Shown here: positions 45,690 through 55,003 of the stretch, piece after piece
How positions within the stretch are numbered: the first letter of the stretch is position 1
Layout: every line of letters begins with the position of its first letter
Source of the DNA: a virus
Taxonomy: Duplodnaviria; Caudoviricetes
DNA length: 58,218 nucleotides
Direction: 5' to 3' (one strand)
IMG/VR virus record: IMGVR_UViG_3300046171_000069
Coordinates: 1-58,218 of that record
Position numbers and translations under genes: made by a program
Notes under the pieces: generated by a model
Seen by the model: only the letters and a program-made list of their open reading frames with translations
The model's database searches: none
What the model was told of the DNA's origin: nothing

Positions 45690-46686
45690 ATGCCTTTTCA
45701 GAAAGTAGAGTTTGAATTTCCTCATGATGAGGAAGGAAAAGAAAAGAATTTAGAGATTGATATTGAAGGTTCAAGTGCGGAGCAGATTGATGTTGGCGGT
45801 AAAAAAGCTAAAGCACCGACTCCAAGGGAAGTGGATTCTTCTGACAACGAACTTGAGATTGAGGTGGTTGACGATACGCCGAAAGCGGATCGAAACCGGA
45901 AACCCTCAGATCCTCCAGAAGCTGTTACCGAAGAAGAATTGGAAGATTACTCCGAGAAGGTACGGAGAAGAATTCAGCACTTCAGTAAAGGCTACCATGA
46001 TGAGCGTCGTGAGAAAGAGAAGGCGATTCGTGAGCGCGAAGAGCTAGAGCGACTGTCGCAACAGTTAGTAGAAGAAAATCGAAAACTGAAAGAAAGCGAT
46101 TACAAAAGTAAGGGTGTTCTTTTAGAAAACGCGAAGAAGGCGGCAGAGGCAGAGATAAATTCTGCTAAACGCTCTTACAAACGTGCATATGACAACGGCG
46201 ACTCAGACAAATTGTTGGCGGCTCAAGAGAAGTTAACAAATGCCAAACTTAAAGCTGATAAGCTAGAAAACTTCAGATTACCTGAACCAGAAGTAGGTGA
46301 TGAACAACCTTACATCCCAGAAGCACCGAAAGTGGATGAAAAGACACGTGCTTGGCAACAGGACAATCCGTGGTTTAATGAAGACGAAGAAATGACAAGT
46401 TTCGCCCTAGGGTTGCATAATAGGCTTGTCAAAGAGGGTGTAGACCCTCAAACTGACGATTACTACGAGCGAATTAACACTCGTATGCGAGAGGTATTCC
46501 CCGATAACTTCGAGGATGAACCGGAGGTAAGACGAAGATCCAGCAATGTGGTTGCCCCCGCTACGCGGAGCACAGCGCCTAAGAAAATTAGGCTCACGCA
46601 AACACAGTTAACGCTTGGCAAAACGCTTAGGTCTTACCCCAGAACAGTACGCCAAACAGGTTGCATTAGATATGAGGAAACAATAA
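45690..46686 (+). CDS. Probable scaffolding protein (frameshift near 46616 falsely fuses it to the next gene in the ORF track)
   Basis: Acidic coiled coil; corrected end QLTLAKRLGLTPEQYAKQVALDMRKQ-stop. Confidence 0.7.
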
Positions 46687-47136
46687 TGGCTGAGAATCGT
46701 ATAGACCGAGAGCTTAAGTCTCGTGAAAAACGACCCGCAAAAAGGCTTGGACGCGCCCCGAGGTACTACCCTCACCTAATCCCGAGCCGGGTTACGAATT
46801 TCGCTGGGTTAAGAGTCAGTTCGCAAGGTACGACTGACGCCACGAATGTTTCTTCCAAACTGCGTGAAGGTTGGGAGCCAGTAAAGGCTTCAGATCACCC
46901 AGAAATTACGTTGGTCACAATCGAGAACGATCGGTTCAAAGACAACGTTGTGATTGGTGGTTTGTTGCTGTGCAAGGCTCCAGTCGAACTCATCGAAGAA
47001 CGTACTGACTACTACAAACAGCAGACACGTTCCCAGATGGAATCTGTAGACAACAACCTCATGCGAGAGAACGATCCTCGTATGCCTCTCTTTCCATGAG
47101 AGAAAGACGAAGGTCACTTTTGGTAACGGAACTTAA
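46686..47136 (+). CDS. Conserved head-region protein (frameshifts near 46730, 46810, 47093)
   Basis: MAENRIDRE...PGYEFRWVR...NVSSKLREGWEPV...IGGLLLCK; GAGG RBS. Confidence 0.7.
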
Positions 47137-47150
47137 TATAGGAGCTTAAA

Positions 47151-47747
47151 ATGGCTTATCCTACTGTAAGTGGTCCTTATGGACTTGTTCCGGTAAAACT
47201 GTTGAGCGGCTCTCCTTTCGTAGGTGTTACTCGTCACTTCAAGATTGCAAGTGGCTATGCAACAGCTATTTTCTATGGGGATGCTGTGAAGCTCGTTACC
47301 GGAGGCACTGTCGAGCGTGATACGTTTCGACGCCGCTATGACACCCTGTGGGTGTTTTCCTTGGCTGTACCTACACCGATCCTAACCTCGGTTATAAGGT
47401 GTTCCGTCAGTCATACCCCGCTAGCACTGTTGCATCTGACATCGAAGCATATGTTGTCGACGCAACTGACGTTTTGTTCAAGGCCGCTGTCGTATCTTCG
47501 GGTACAACTATCGGTGACCTTGCACAGACTGATATCGGTGCTAACGTCGCAGGTGTAGATAACACTGGTGATTCGACTTCAGGCAACTCTCGTTGCGCGA
47601 TTTCTGACACTAGCGCTACAACTAACACTCTTCCCTTTCCGCATCGTCGGATTGGTTGAGGAAACTAAAAACAGCTCGGGTGGTTTTACTGAGGCTTACG
47701 TTAAGTGGAACGCAGGTCACCAGTACGACAACACGACTGGCGTATAA
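47151..47747 (+). CDS. Capsid decoration/auxiliary structural protein (frameshifts near 47325, 47349, 47635)
   Basis: MAYPTVSGPYGLVP...AIFYGDAV...GVFLGCTYTDP...GDSTSGNS; lies directly before the MCP. Confidence 0.7.
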
Positions 47748-47760
47748 GGAGATTTGAGCA

Positions 47761-48669
47761 ATGGCTATTTCACGCGCCCAGCTACTAAAGGAACTCCTTC
47801 CCGGACTGAACGCTTTGTTTGGTATGGAGTACGCAAAATACGGCGAAGAGCACGCCGAAATCTTTGAAACCGAAACCTCAGATCGCTCGTTTGAGGAAGA
47901 GACCAAGCTCTCAGGCTTCTCAGCCGCACCTGTTAAAAACGAAGGTGCCGCAATTGAGTATGACAATGCTCAGGAAGCGTGGACTGCTCGCTATACACAC
48001 GAGACCATCGCAATGGGTTTCTCTATCACTGAGGAAGCTATTGAAGATAACTTGTATGACTCTTTGTCTGCTCGTTATACGAAGGCTCTCGCACGTGCTA
48101 TGGCGTACACCAAGCAGGTCAAGGCCGCTACTATCTTGAATAGTGCGTTTGACACTGGTGTGACCTACGGCGACGGTAAGGCACTTTGCACTACCGATCA
48201 CCCACTGGTTAGCGGTGGTAGCAACTCGAATGAGCCAACTGTTGCGGCTGATCTTAACGAGACTTCTTTGGAAGCCGCCGTTATTCAGATCGCTGGTTGG
48301 ACAGACGAGCGTGGTCTTCTCATCGCCGCCAAGCCTAGTAAGCTGGTAATTCCACCAACCTCTCAGTTCGTTGCAACTCGTTTGCTCGAAACAGAAGGTC
48401 GCGTGGGCACTGCGGATAACGACCTTAATGCGATTCGCAATAACGGTTCTATCCCAGAGGGTTACACTGTTAACCATTACCTGACTGATACTGACGCTTG
48501 GTTCTTGATGACTGACGTTCCTAACGGCCTCAAGCACTTTGTCCGTACACCAATGTCTACATCTATGGATGCTGACTTTGATACTGGCAACAGCCGCTAT
48601 AAGGCTCGTGAGCGTTACTCGTTCGGCGTGTCAGACCCATTAGGCATTTTCGGTTCGCCCGGAGCTTAA
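47761..48669 (+). CDS. Major capsid protein
   Basis: MAISRAQLLKELLPGLNALFG...RYKARERYSFGVSDPLGIFGSPGA; strong RBS, biased codon use, downstream terminator. Confidence 0.9.
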   Translation: MAISRAQLLKELLPGLNALFGMEYAKYGEEHAEIFETETSDRSFEEETKLSGFSAAPVKNEGAAIEYDNAQEAWTARYTHETIAMGFSITEEAIEDNLYDSLSARYTKALARAMAYTKQVKAATILNSAFDTGVTYGDGKALCTTDHPLVSGGSNSNEPTVAADLNETSLEAAVIQIAGWTDERGLLIAAKPSKLVIPPTSQFVATRLLETEGRVGTADNDLNAIRNNGSIPEGYTVNHYLTDTDAWFLMTDVPNGLKHFVRTPMSTSMDADFDTGNSRYKARERYSFGVSDPLGIFGSPGA

Positions 48670-48677
48670 TGATTAGA

Positions 48678-48706
48678 GGGGGGCATTCGTTGCCCCCTTT
48701 CTTTTT
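48678..48706 (+). terminator. Intrinsic terminator after MCP
   Basis: GGGGGCA-TTCGT-TGCCCCC followed by TTTCTTTTT. Confidence 0.85.
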
Positions 48707-48776
48707 GTGTGTTATAAAAAATGAATCCCTGACAGTCACATCCCGTGACTGACATTGCCCAAGACAGGAGATTCAC

Positions 48777-49241
48777 ATGGGACAAACTACTTTTTCAGGA
48801 CCAGTGCGGTCTGAGCGCGGTTTCACTCCGGTAGGTTCAACGGCTGTAGTAGCAATTACAGCAGAAACAACTCTTACTTACGCTGACCATGTTGGCCGTA
48901 TTATTGAGATCAATGATGCAGACGGCGCGGTTACACTTCCTTCAATTACGTCTGACACCCTTGGTGCAACCTACAAGATTTTTGTTGGTACAGATTCTAC
49001 AGATCTGGATGTTAAAACTGATGGTACTGACAAGTTTGTAGGCTCTCTCGCAGTTTCAGGCACTACAACGGCGGCGTTTGCTCCTGCCGCGTCTAACGAT
49101 GTTATCTCTATGAACGGTACTACAACTGGCGGCGATCGCGGATCTATTATTGAGATCACAGCTATCGCTACAGCAGAGTACATGGTATCAGGTACACTAG
49201 TTGGTTCAGGCACAGTAGCTACTCCATTCGCAGACTCTTAA
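48777..49241 (+). CDS. Minor structural protein (Thr/Gly-rich beta protein)
   Basis: MGQTTFSGPVRS start, ending ATPFADS; AGGAG RBS. Confidence 0.75.
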   Translation: MGQTTFSGPVRSERGFTPVGSTAVVAITAETTLTYADHVGRIIEINDADGAVTLPSITSDTLGATYKIFVGTDSTDLDVKTDGTDKFVGSLAVSGTTTAAFAPAASNDVISMNGTTTGGDRGSIIEITAIATAEYMVSGTLVGSGTVATPFADS

Positions 49242-49254
49242 TAGGAGATAGACG

Positions 49255-49530
49255 ATGCCTAGATCAGATGTTCAGTCTAAACGCGTCACGGGCACAGGAT
49301 CTTTAGGTGTTGGCCCTGCGCGTATTCGCCAAGTGCAAGTTTTGAGCACTACAGGAAGTCCTCGCCTTACTATCACTGATGGTAACGGCGGGAGCACTGT
49401 ATTAGACCTAGACTTCGTTGCTTCTGATTCACACTCCGTCAACATTCCTGACGACGGTATTCGGTGCCAGTCAGACGTATATGTAAGTGCGTTCACTAAC
49501 ATTACTGCTATGACAGTGTTCTATGGATAA
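49255..49530 (+). CDS. Small structural protein
   Basis: AGGAG RBS; IPDDGIR...TVFYG. Confidence 0.75.
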   Translation: MPRSDVQSKRVTGTGSLGVGPARIRQVQVLSTTGSPRLTITDGNGGSTVLDLDFVASDSHSVNIPDDGIRCQSDVYVSAFTNITAMTVFYG

Positions 49531-49535
49531 ATACT

Positions 49536-49847
49536 ATGCGGGCTTACTACAAGAAAGGCGGCTCGGTTAAGAAAAGCCCCGCGTGGACACGCAAGGAAGG
49601 TAAAAGCGAGTCCGGCGGGCTTAACAAGAAAGGAGTTGAAAGCTACCGCCGGGAAAATCCCGGTAGTAAGCTGAAGACTGCGGTAACGACCAAGCCTAGC
49701 AAGTTAAAGAAAGGTTCTAAAGCCGCTAAACGGCGTAAGTCTTTTTGTGCTCGTATGGAAGGCATGAAGAAGCGGAACACCAGCGCAAAGACAGCGAAGG
49801 ATCCTAACAGCCGCATCAACAAAAGTTTGCGGAAGTGGAACTGCTGA
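49536..49847 (+). CDS. Small very basic conserved phage protein (DUF6321-like)
   Basis: SPAWTRKEGK..GGLN, RRKSFCARM, KDPNSRINKSLRKWNC. Confidence 0.75.
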   Translation: MRAYYKKGGSVKKSPAWTRKEGKSESGGLNKKGVESYRRENPGSKLKTAVTTKPSKLKKGSKAAKRRKSFCARMEGMKKRNTSAKTAKDPNSRINKSLRKWNC

Positions 49848-50545
49848 TGGCGTTCCTACAATCAAATATTCCTCATTTTAAATGTTGGGTTCGTAGAGAA
49901 TATACGCACAACCACACGGCGTATCATGGCGAGTTTTTACACGCTATGGTCATTGCTGTAACCACTATTCCTAATCGATGTTTGTCTTTTCAGGTTATTT
50001 TTACTGGCTGTGAGTCAGACGACACCGACGAACCCAATGTTCACGGCGGAGCTATGTGGGCACGTATGCCGATTACGGCACTTGTAGGGGATACACCTCT
50101 AGAAGAATGGCCTGATCCTATGCCTGTTTGGGCGGCTCAACCGTGGGATTGCGCGTCTCGTACGCATAGCGTGTACGTTCTAGATAGATGCACTCCATGT
50201 CCTTGGATGGCTAAGATTGACGGTAAGTTTTATCCAGCCAAATATTATTTCACGGTGGATTACACTGATTCTGAAATCGCTGATGACCCAGCACAACACA
50301 AACAAGCGCATGTGCTTGAGCTGTTAGATGCGGGCAAGTGGACAGGGAACATCGTAGCGTTACCTAATAACAGAGTGCGCGTGTCGCACCCTGCGTGGTT
50401 TGAAATGGGAGAAGGTGCTCCTGATTTCTTACCTTCACAACATATTCACTACAGTAAGTCTGACTTAGACTACACATTGGATGTAAATCAAGTTTTTGAC
50501 AATCTCTACGCGGAGGGAGATAGCAATGAAGAAGAAAGGTTATAG
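49847..50545 (+). CDS. Conserved hypothetical protein (His/Cys/Trp-rich)
   Basis: TGATG coupling; MAFLQSNIPHFKCWVRREY...HGGAMWARMPI...ALPNNRVR. Confidence 0.8.
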   Translation: MAFLQSNIPHFKCWVRREYTHNHTAYHGEFLHAMVIAVTTIPNRCLSFQVIFTGCESDDTDEPNVHGGAMWARMPITALVGDTPLEEWPDPMPVWAAQPWDCASRTHSVYVLDRCTPCPWMAKIDGKFYPAKYYFTVDYTDSEIADDPAQHKQAHVLELLDAGKWTGNIVALPNNRVRVSHPAWFEMGEGAPDFLPSQHIHYSKSDLDYTLDVNQVFDNLYAEGDSNEEERL

Positions 50546-50891
50546 TAAGGGCGGTAAGGCTGGCGGCAAGCTCGAAATGGTTAAAGACCCTGCTACTGGC
50601 AAAATGGTCCCAGCGTACGCTATGGACGGCGAGGGTTCGGGCGATATGGCTAAGGGTAAAAACGCCAAAGACATGAAGAAGTCTAAAGGCATGGAGCCTG
50701 AGATGAAGCCCAAGAAGAAAAAGAAGCGTAGCGATGCTATGGATGCTGTTATGGGCACTGGCCCAGCGGCACCTCGCAAGCGCATGAACATGGGTGGCAT
50801 GGCTATGAAAAAGAAAGGCTACGCCAAGGGCGGCAAGGTTCGTGGTGCAGGTATTGCCAGTAAAGGCGTTCGCCCCTGCAAGATGCGATAA
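50526..50891 (+). CDS. Lys/Met/Gly-rich basic low-complexity protein
   Basis: GGAG RBS; three xxxGG motifs; C-terminal VRGAGIASKG. Confidence 0.75.
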   Translation: MKKKGYSKGGKAGGKLEMVKDPATGKMVPAYAMDGEGSGDMAKGKNAKDMKKSKGMEPEMKPKKKKKRSDAMDAVMGTGPAAPRKRMNMGGMAMKKKGYAKGGKVRGAGIASKGVRPCKMR

Positions 50892-50892
50892 C

Positions 50893-51060
50893 ATGCGGCG
50901 TTACTATAAGTCAGGCGGGAAAATATGTTCTAAGGGTAAGGCGTGGGCAAAACGCACCTTTGATACATACCCGTCTGCTTACGCAAATATGGCGGCGTCT
51001 AAATACTGCAAAGACCCTAATTATGCTAAGGGCGCTAAAGGCAAAAAGGCGAAGAAGTAA
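50893..51060 (+). CDS. Small basic protein (DUF5872-like)
   Basis: YYKSGGKI...FDTYPSAYAN. Confidence 0.7.
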   Translation: MRRYYKSGGKICSKGKAWAKRTFDTYPSAYANMAASKYCKDPNYAKGAKGKKAKK

Positions 51061-51389
51061 TGGGTGAGTTGAAGAAGTGGCGAGATCAAGAGTGGGTTCG
51101 CATCGGTACTGATGGCGAGATCAAAGGCGAGTGCGGCACTTCTAAAGACAAAAAGAACCCTGATCGATGTTTGCCTAGGAGTAAGGCTCAAAGCCTATCA
51201 AAATCTGAACGTTCTTCTACAGCTAAAAAGAAGAAGCGTGAAGGTAAGAAAGGTAAGACGGTAGTCAAAAACACCAAGCAAGCGGAAGTAAAATTTCGTG
51301 AGGGTGGTCTTGCTCGCGGGAAGCGTTCTATAGCTCGTGGTTGTGGTGTTGTTATGGGTGATAGACGCAAGAAAACGTTGTACACGTAA
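51060..51389 (+). CDS. Small basic protein
   Basis: GELKKWRDQEWV...CG...RCLPRSKA; FREGG; IARGCG. Confidence 0.75.
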   Translation: MGELKKWRDQEWVRIGTDGEIKGECGTSKDKKNPDRCLPRSKAQSLSKSERSSTAKKKKREGKKGKTVVKNTKQAEVKFREGGLARGKRSIARGCGVVMGDRRKKTLYT

Positions 51390-51400
51390 GGAGAGAAGTA

Positions 51401-51622
51401 ATGGAAGTATTCCAGAACGGGAAGTTCTCTAATGGTGGTCCGGTCTATCAGGTTGGCACTAAAAACGCGGATGGTACGTATGTCACAGTTGTATTTGACT
51501 TGATGACTAAAGAGCAAGCAGAGGCTAAACTAGAATCAATGGGGGTTAAAAAACCCGTTAAAGAGAAGCCTGTAGCTAAGAAAAAAGCTCCAGCCAAGAA
51601 GAAATCTGCGAGTAAAAAGTAA
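51401..51622 (+). CDS. Small protein with histone-like Lys/Ala/Pro tail
   Basis: AAGGAG RBS; ends KKKAPAKKKSASKK. Confidence 0.7.
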   Translation: MEVFQNGKFSNGGPVYQVGTKNADGTYVTVVFDLMTKEQAEAKLESMGVKKPVKEKPVAKKKAPAKKKSASKK

Positions 51623-52308
51623 TGGCAACTTCAGGTACTACAGCATTTAACATGGACTTCACGGAGATCGCTGAAGAAGCGTGGGAGCGTGCTGGCCGTG
51701 AAATGCGATCTGGATACGACCTCCGCACAGCTCGTCGTTCCATGAACCTGATGACCATTGAGTGGCAAAACCGTGGAATTAACTTATGGACCATCGACGA
51801 AGGTACCGTAAGCCTAACCACTGGTACGTCTGAGTATGATTTACCCGCCGATACTATCGATCTTCTCGAACAGGTTATTCGTACCGGTGCTGGTAACCAA
51901 TCGACACAATCAGACCTCACGATAAGTCGTATCAGCGTAAGCACTTACGCATCTATCCCAAACAAGTTATCACGTGGTAGGCCAATTCAAGTATGGATCG
52001 AGCGACTACGTGATAACCCAAAGATCAATGTATGGCCTGTTCCAGACTCTAACGACTATACGTTTAAGTATTGGAGACTCCGCCGAGTCCAAGACGCAGG
52101 TGCAGGTGCAGAAACCGCAGATATGAACTTTAGATTTTTGCCTTGTTTGGTCGCTGGCCTTGCATATCACATAGCGGTGAAGGTGCCAGAACTTACAGAA
52201 CGTGTACCTCTACTAAAGCAAATATACGAAGAGCAGTTCCAACTTGCGGCGGCAGAGGATAGGGAAAAAACACCAGCTCGGTTTGTGCCTCGTATGATGA
52301 GGATCTGA
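51622..52308 (+). CDS. Head-tail adaptor / tail tubular protein A-like
   Basis: MATSGTTAF, ARRSMNLM..EWQNRGINLW, VWPVPD, FRFLPCLVAGLAY. Confidence 0.7.
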   Translation: MATSGTTAFNMDFTEIAEEAWERAGREMRSGYDLRTARRSMNLMTIEWQNRGINLWTIDEGTVSLTTGTSEYDLPADTIDLLEQVIRTGAGNQSTQSDLTISRISVSTYASIPNKLSRGRPIQVWIERLRDNPKINVWPVPDSNDYTFKYWRLRRVQDAGAGAETADMNFRFLPCLVAGLAYHIAVKVPELTERVPLLKQIYEEQFQLAAAEDREKTPARFVPRMMRI

Positions 52309-52309
52309 T

Positions 52310-52621
52310 GTGGCTACTCAATTCGCGTCAAGCAAAAAAGCTCTTGGTGTATGCGACGTATGTGGGTTTACGTACAAACTACGTGAGCTAAAGAACGTCT
52401 ATAAAAAGGGACGAGATACCAACATCAAAGCGTGCCCAGAATGTTGGGATGGAGACCACCCACAACTTAAGTTAGGTGAGTTTCCCGTCCACGATCCGCA
52501 AGCGTTACGCGATCCTCGGCCCGATTCTAATCAGTATGCGTCTAGCCGCGCACTTATTGAGCCTGTCAAGCCGGTTGTGGGTACTGGTTTTATAGGGCAA
52601 GCTACAGTTCAGATTTCATAG
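52310..52621 (+). CDS. Zinc-finger protein of head-tail region
   Basis: CDVCG...CPECWD, DPQALRDPRPD. Confidence 0.75.
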   Translation: MATQFASSKKALGVCDVCGFTYKLRELKNVYKKGRDTNIKACPECWDGDHPQLKLGEFPVHDPQALRDPRPDSNQYASSRALIEPVKPVVGTGFIGQATVQIS

Positions 52622-52632
52622 GAGTAGTTACT

Positions 52633-52749
52633 ATGCAGAAGAAAACGCAAAAAACAGCTAAGAAACCACAGTCAAAGAACAAGAAAGTTAAGGTTCGGGG
52701 TACTGGTGCGGCTACAAAAGGACTCTATGCTCGCGGTCCTATGGGGTAA
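52633..52749 (+). CDS. 38-aa basic peptide, absent from ORF track
   Basis: AGGAG RBS; MQKKTQKTAKKPQSKNKKVKVRGTGAATKGLYARGPMG. Confidence 0.7.
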   Translation: MQKKTQKTAKKPQSKNKKVKVRGTGAATKGLYARGPMG

Positions 52750-52752
52750 GTT

Positions 52753-53382
52753 ATGAACTATACCGAGCTGAAAACTAATATTGAAGACATCACTGAAAAC
52801 ACATTCACTGATGCACAGCTCGCTATGTTCACTGAGCAGGCAGAACAGAAAATATATAACACTGTTCAGATACCTGCGCTCCGTAAAAACGTTACGGGAA
52901 CGCTAACTGCGAGCAACAAGTACTTATCTACACCGGCTGACTACTTGTATACCTACAGTCTCGCGGTCGTTGATGGTAACGGTAATTACCATTTTCTACT
53001 GAACAAAGACGTTAACTTCGTACGTGAGGCTTATCCCGTACAAACGACTACTGGGCTACCTAAGCACTACGCTAATTTCGACGATGATACTTTTATTGTA
53101 GGTCCAACACCTGACAGTGGGTACACAGTTGAACTTCATTACGGGTATTACCCTGAGTCTATTGTGACAGCGGGGACTACGTGGTTAGGCGATGAATTTG
53201 ATTCTGCGTTACTTAACGGAGCTTTAGTCGAAGCGGCTAGGTTCATGAAAAGTGAGCCAGATATCATTCAAAACTACGAAAAGTTCTATGTGCAGGCATT
53301 ACAGCTTCTCAGAGTGCTTGGTGATGGTAAACTGCGTAGTGATACGTATCGTTCGGGGCAAGCCAGCCTAGACGTGAATTAG
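52753..53382 (+). CDS. Second adaptor-like structural protein
   Basis: MNYTELK, GLPKHYA, VGPTPD, TTWLG...LLNGALVEA. Confidence 0.7.
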   Translation: MNYTELKTNIEDITENTFTDAQLAMFTEQAEQKIYNTVQIPALRKNVTGTLTASNKYLSTPADYLYTYSLAVVDGNGNYHFLLNKDVNFVREAYPVQTTTGLPKHYANFDDDTFIVGPTPDSGYTVELHYGYYPESIVTAGTTWLGDEFDSALLNGALVEAARFMKSEPDIIQNYEKFYVQALQLLRVLGDGKLRSDTYRSGQASLDVN

Positions 53383-53392
53383 GAGATAGAAA

Positions 53393-53821
53393 ATGGCAAT
53401 TACTCAAGCAATGTGCACGTCATTCAAGAAAGCGCTTCTTGATGGCGAAATGGATTTTAGTTCAGACACATCGGCAACGTTCAAAATAGCGTTGTTTACT
53501 TCGTCTGCAACTCTTGGAGCGTCTACAACGGCGTATGCAACAACAAACGAAGTTTCAGGAACCGGGTACACAGCAGGTGGTAACACGTTAACTGTTGTAG
53601 CTCCCACGACGTCTGGAACCACTGCATTGCTAGACTTTGCAGATACAACGTGGTCTACCGCAACAATTACCGCACGTGGAGCGTTGATATATAAATCTGG
53701 CGGCGGTAACCCTGCTGTTGCTGTTCTTGATTTCGGTGCCGACAAAACGTCTACCGCTGGTGATTTTCAGATTCAGTTCCCTACAGCCGACGCGAGTAAC
53801 GCCATTATTCGGATAGCGTAA
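53393..53821 (+). CDS. Structural protein (tail/collar)
   Basis: MAITQAMCTSFK...EVSGTGYTAGG...ARGALIY...VLDFG. Confidence 0.75.
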   Translation: MAITQAMCTSFKKALLDGEMDFSSDTSATFKIALFTSSATLGASTTAYATTNEVSGTGYTAGGNTLTVVAPTTSGTTALLDFADTTWSTATITARGALIYKSGGGNPAVAVLDFGADKTSTAGDFQIQFPTADASNAIIRIA

Positions 53822-54993
53822 TGCCCTCCTCTGTCACGTATACAGGGTGGGGCTCTACCGCTTGGGGCCAAGGCTCTTGGGGTACAGATCTCACCATTGT
53901 AAGCGTCGATGGAGTAGGAGCTACCGGCGCAGTTGGCACTGTTGTTGTCGCCGCTGATGCCGATGTTAGTGTTACTGGATTAGAAGCTACTGGCGCACTT
54001 GGTAATATTACTGTTACCGGTGCGGCTACAGTTCAACCATCAGGACTTGAAGCCACTGGTAGTATAGGAAGCGTTCTTGTTGTTGCCGACGCCAACGTCG
54101 GCGTTACCGGTGTCGCCGGTACTTCTGCTTTAGGTTCTGTCACCGTCACTGCTGATGCAAATGTCAGTGTTACGGGTCTTTCTGCTACGTCCGCGCTTGG
54201 TACAGTCGTTGTCGCCGCTGACGCGAATGTCAGTGTCACAGGAGAAGAAGCTACCACAGCTCTTGGTTCTGTCACCGTCACAGGTGATGCGAACGTATCT
54301 CTAACCGGTGTCGAATCTACCGGTGCAATAGGCACTGTCAGCGTTTCAGGTGATGCAAACTTTGCAGTTACTGGCGTTGCAGGTACGACTGCGCTCGGTA
54401 CGGTTGTTGCTACAGGTGACGCCATTGTCTCCCCATCAGGACTTGAAGCCACTACTAGCCTTGGCTCTGTCACTGTTACTGGGACAGCAAATGTATCTCC
54501 GACGGGACTTGAAGCCACTAGTTCTCTTGGCACCGTTTCTATCGTTGCTGATGCTAATGTCAGCGTTACAGGAGAAGAAGCTACCACAGCTCTTGGCACT
54601 GTCGCTGTAACAGGTGACACCGTTATAACCCCGTCAGGTCTCGAAGCGACTGGTGCAATCGGAAATGTAAGCGTTGGTGTTGTTGTTGATGTTATAGTTA
54701 CAGGAGTTGAAAGTACCGCAAGTTTAGGTACAGTAACTGTTACTGCTGGAGCAACCGCACTTCCAACAGGCGTACAAGCCTCGGGTGCGGTCGGAAATGT
54801 GTTTATCTGGGGTGAAATACCTACGGATCAGACACCAGACTGGCAAGCGATTTCTGACGGACAAACGCCGACTTGGGGTAATATATCATCAGGACAAGCC
54901 CCAAATTGGCAGAACATTACAGATACGCAGAGTCCTTCTTGGGGTAATCTGGATACAGGTCAGACGCCAAATTGGGATGATATAGCCGCTTGA
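53821..54993 (+). CDS. Repeat-built structural fibre protein (22-aa Val/Thr/Gly repeats)
   Basis: About 14 repeats like SVTGLEATGALGNITVTGAATV; N-terminal GWGSTAWGQGSWG; five C-terminal 11-aa QxPxW repeats. Confidence 0.8.
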   Translation: MPSSVTYTGWGSTAWGQGSWGTDLTIVSVDGVGATGAVGTVVVAADADVSVTGLEATGALGNITVTGAATVQPSGLEATGSIGSVLVVADANVGVTGVAGTSALGSVTVTADANVSVTGLSATSALGTVVVAADANVSVTGEEATTALGSVTVTGDANVSLTGVESTGAIGTVSVSGDANFAVTGVAGTTALGTVVATGDAIVSPSGLEATTSLGSVTVTGTANVSPTGLEATSSLGTVSIVADANVSVTGEEATTALGTVAVTGDTVITPSGLEATGAIGNVSVGVVVDVIVTGVESTASLGTVTVTAGATALPTGVQASGAVGNVFIWGEIPTDQTPDWQAISDGQTPTWGNISSGQAPNWQNITDTQSPSWGNLDTGQTPNWDDIAA

Positions 54994-55003
54994 GGACAAA
55001 AGA

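Noticed and set aside
45690-47099. 469-aa fused ORF in the track
   Set aside because: An artefact of indels joining two separate genes, which have their own stop/start at 46684-46688.
26400-47660. Many frameshifts in polA, vWA, terS, scaffold and decoration genes as pseudogenes or programmed frameshifting
   Set aside because: They are single-base indels, often in short homopolymers, in essential genes whose motifs are intact on both sides. Uncorrected long-read error is the simplest explanation, and short-read polishing would decide.
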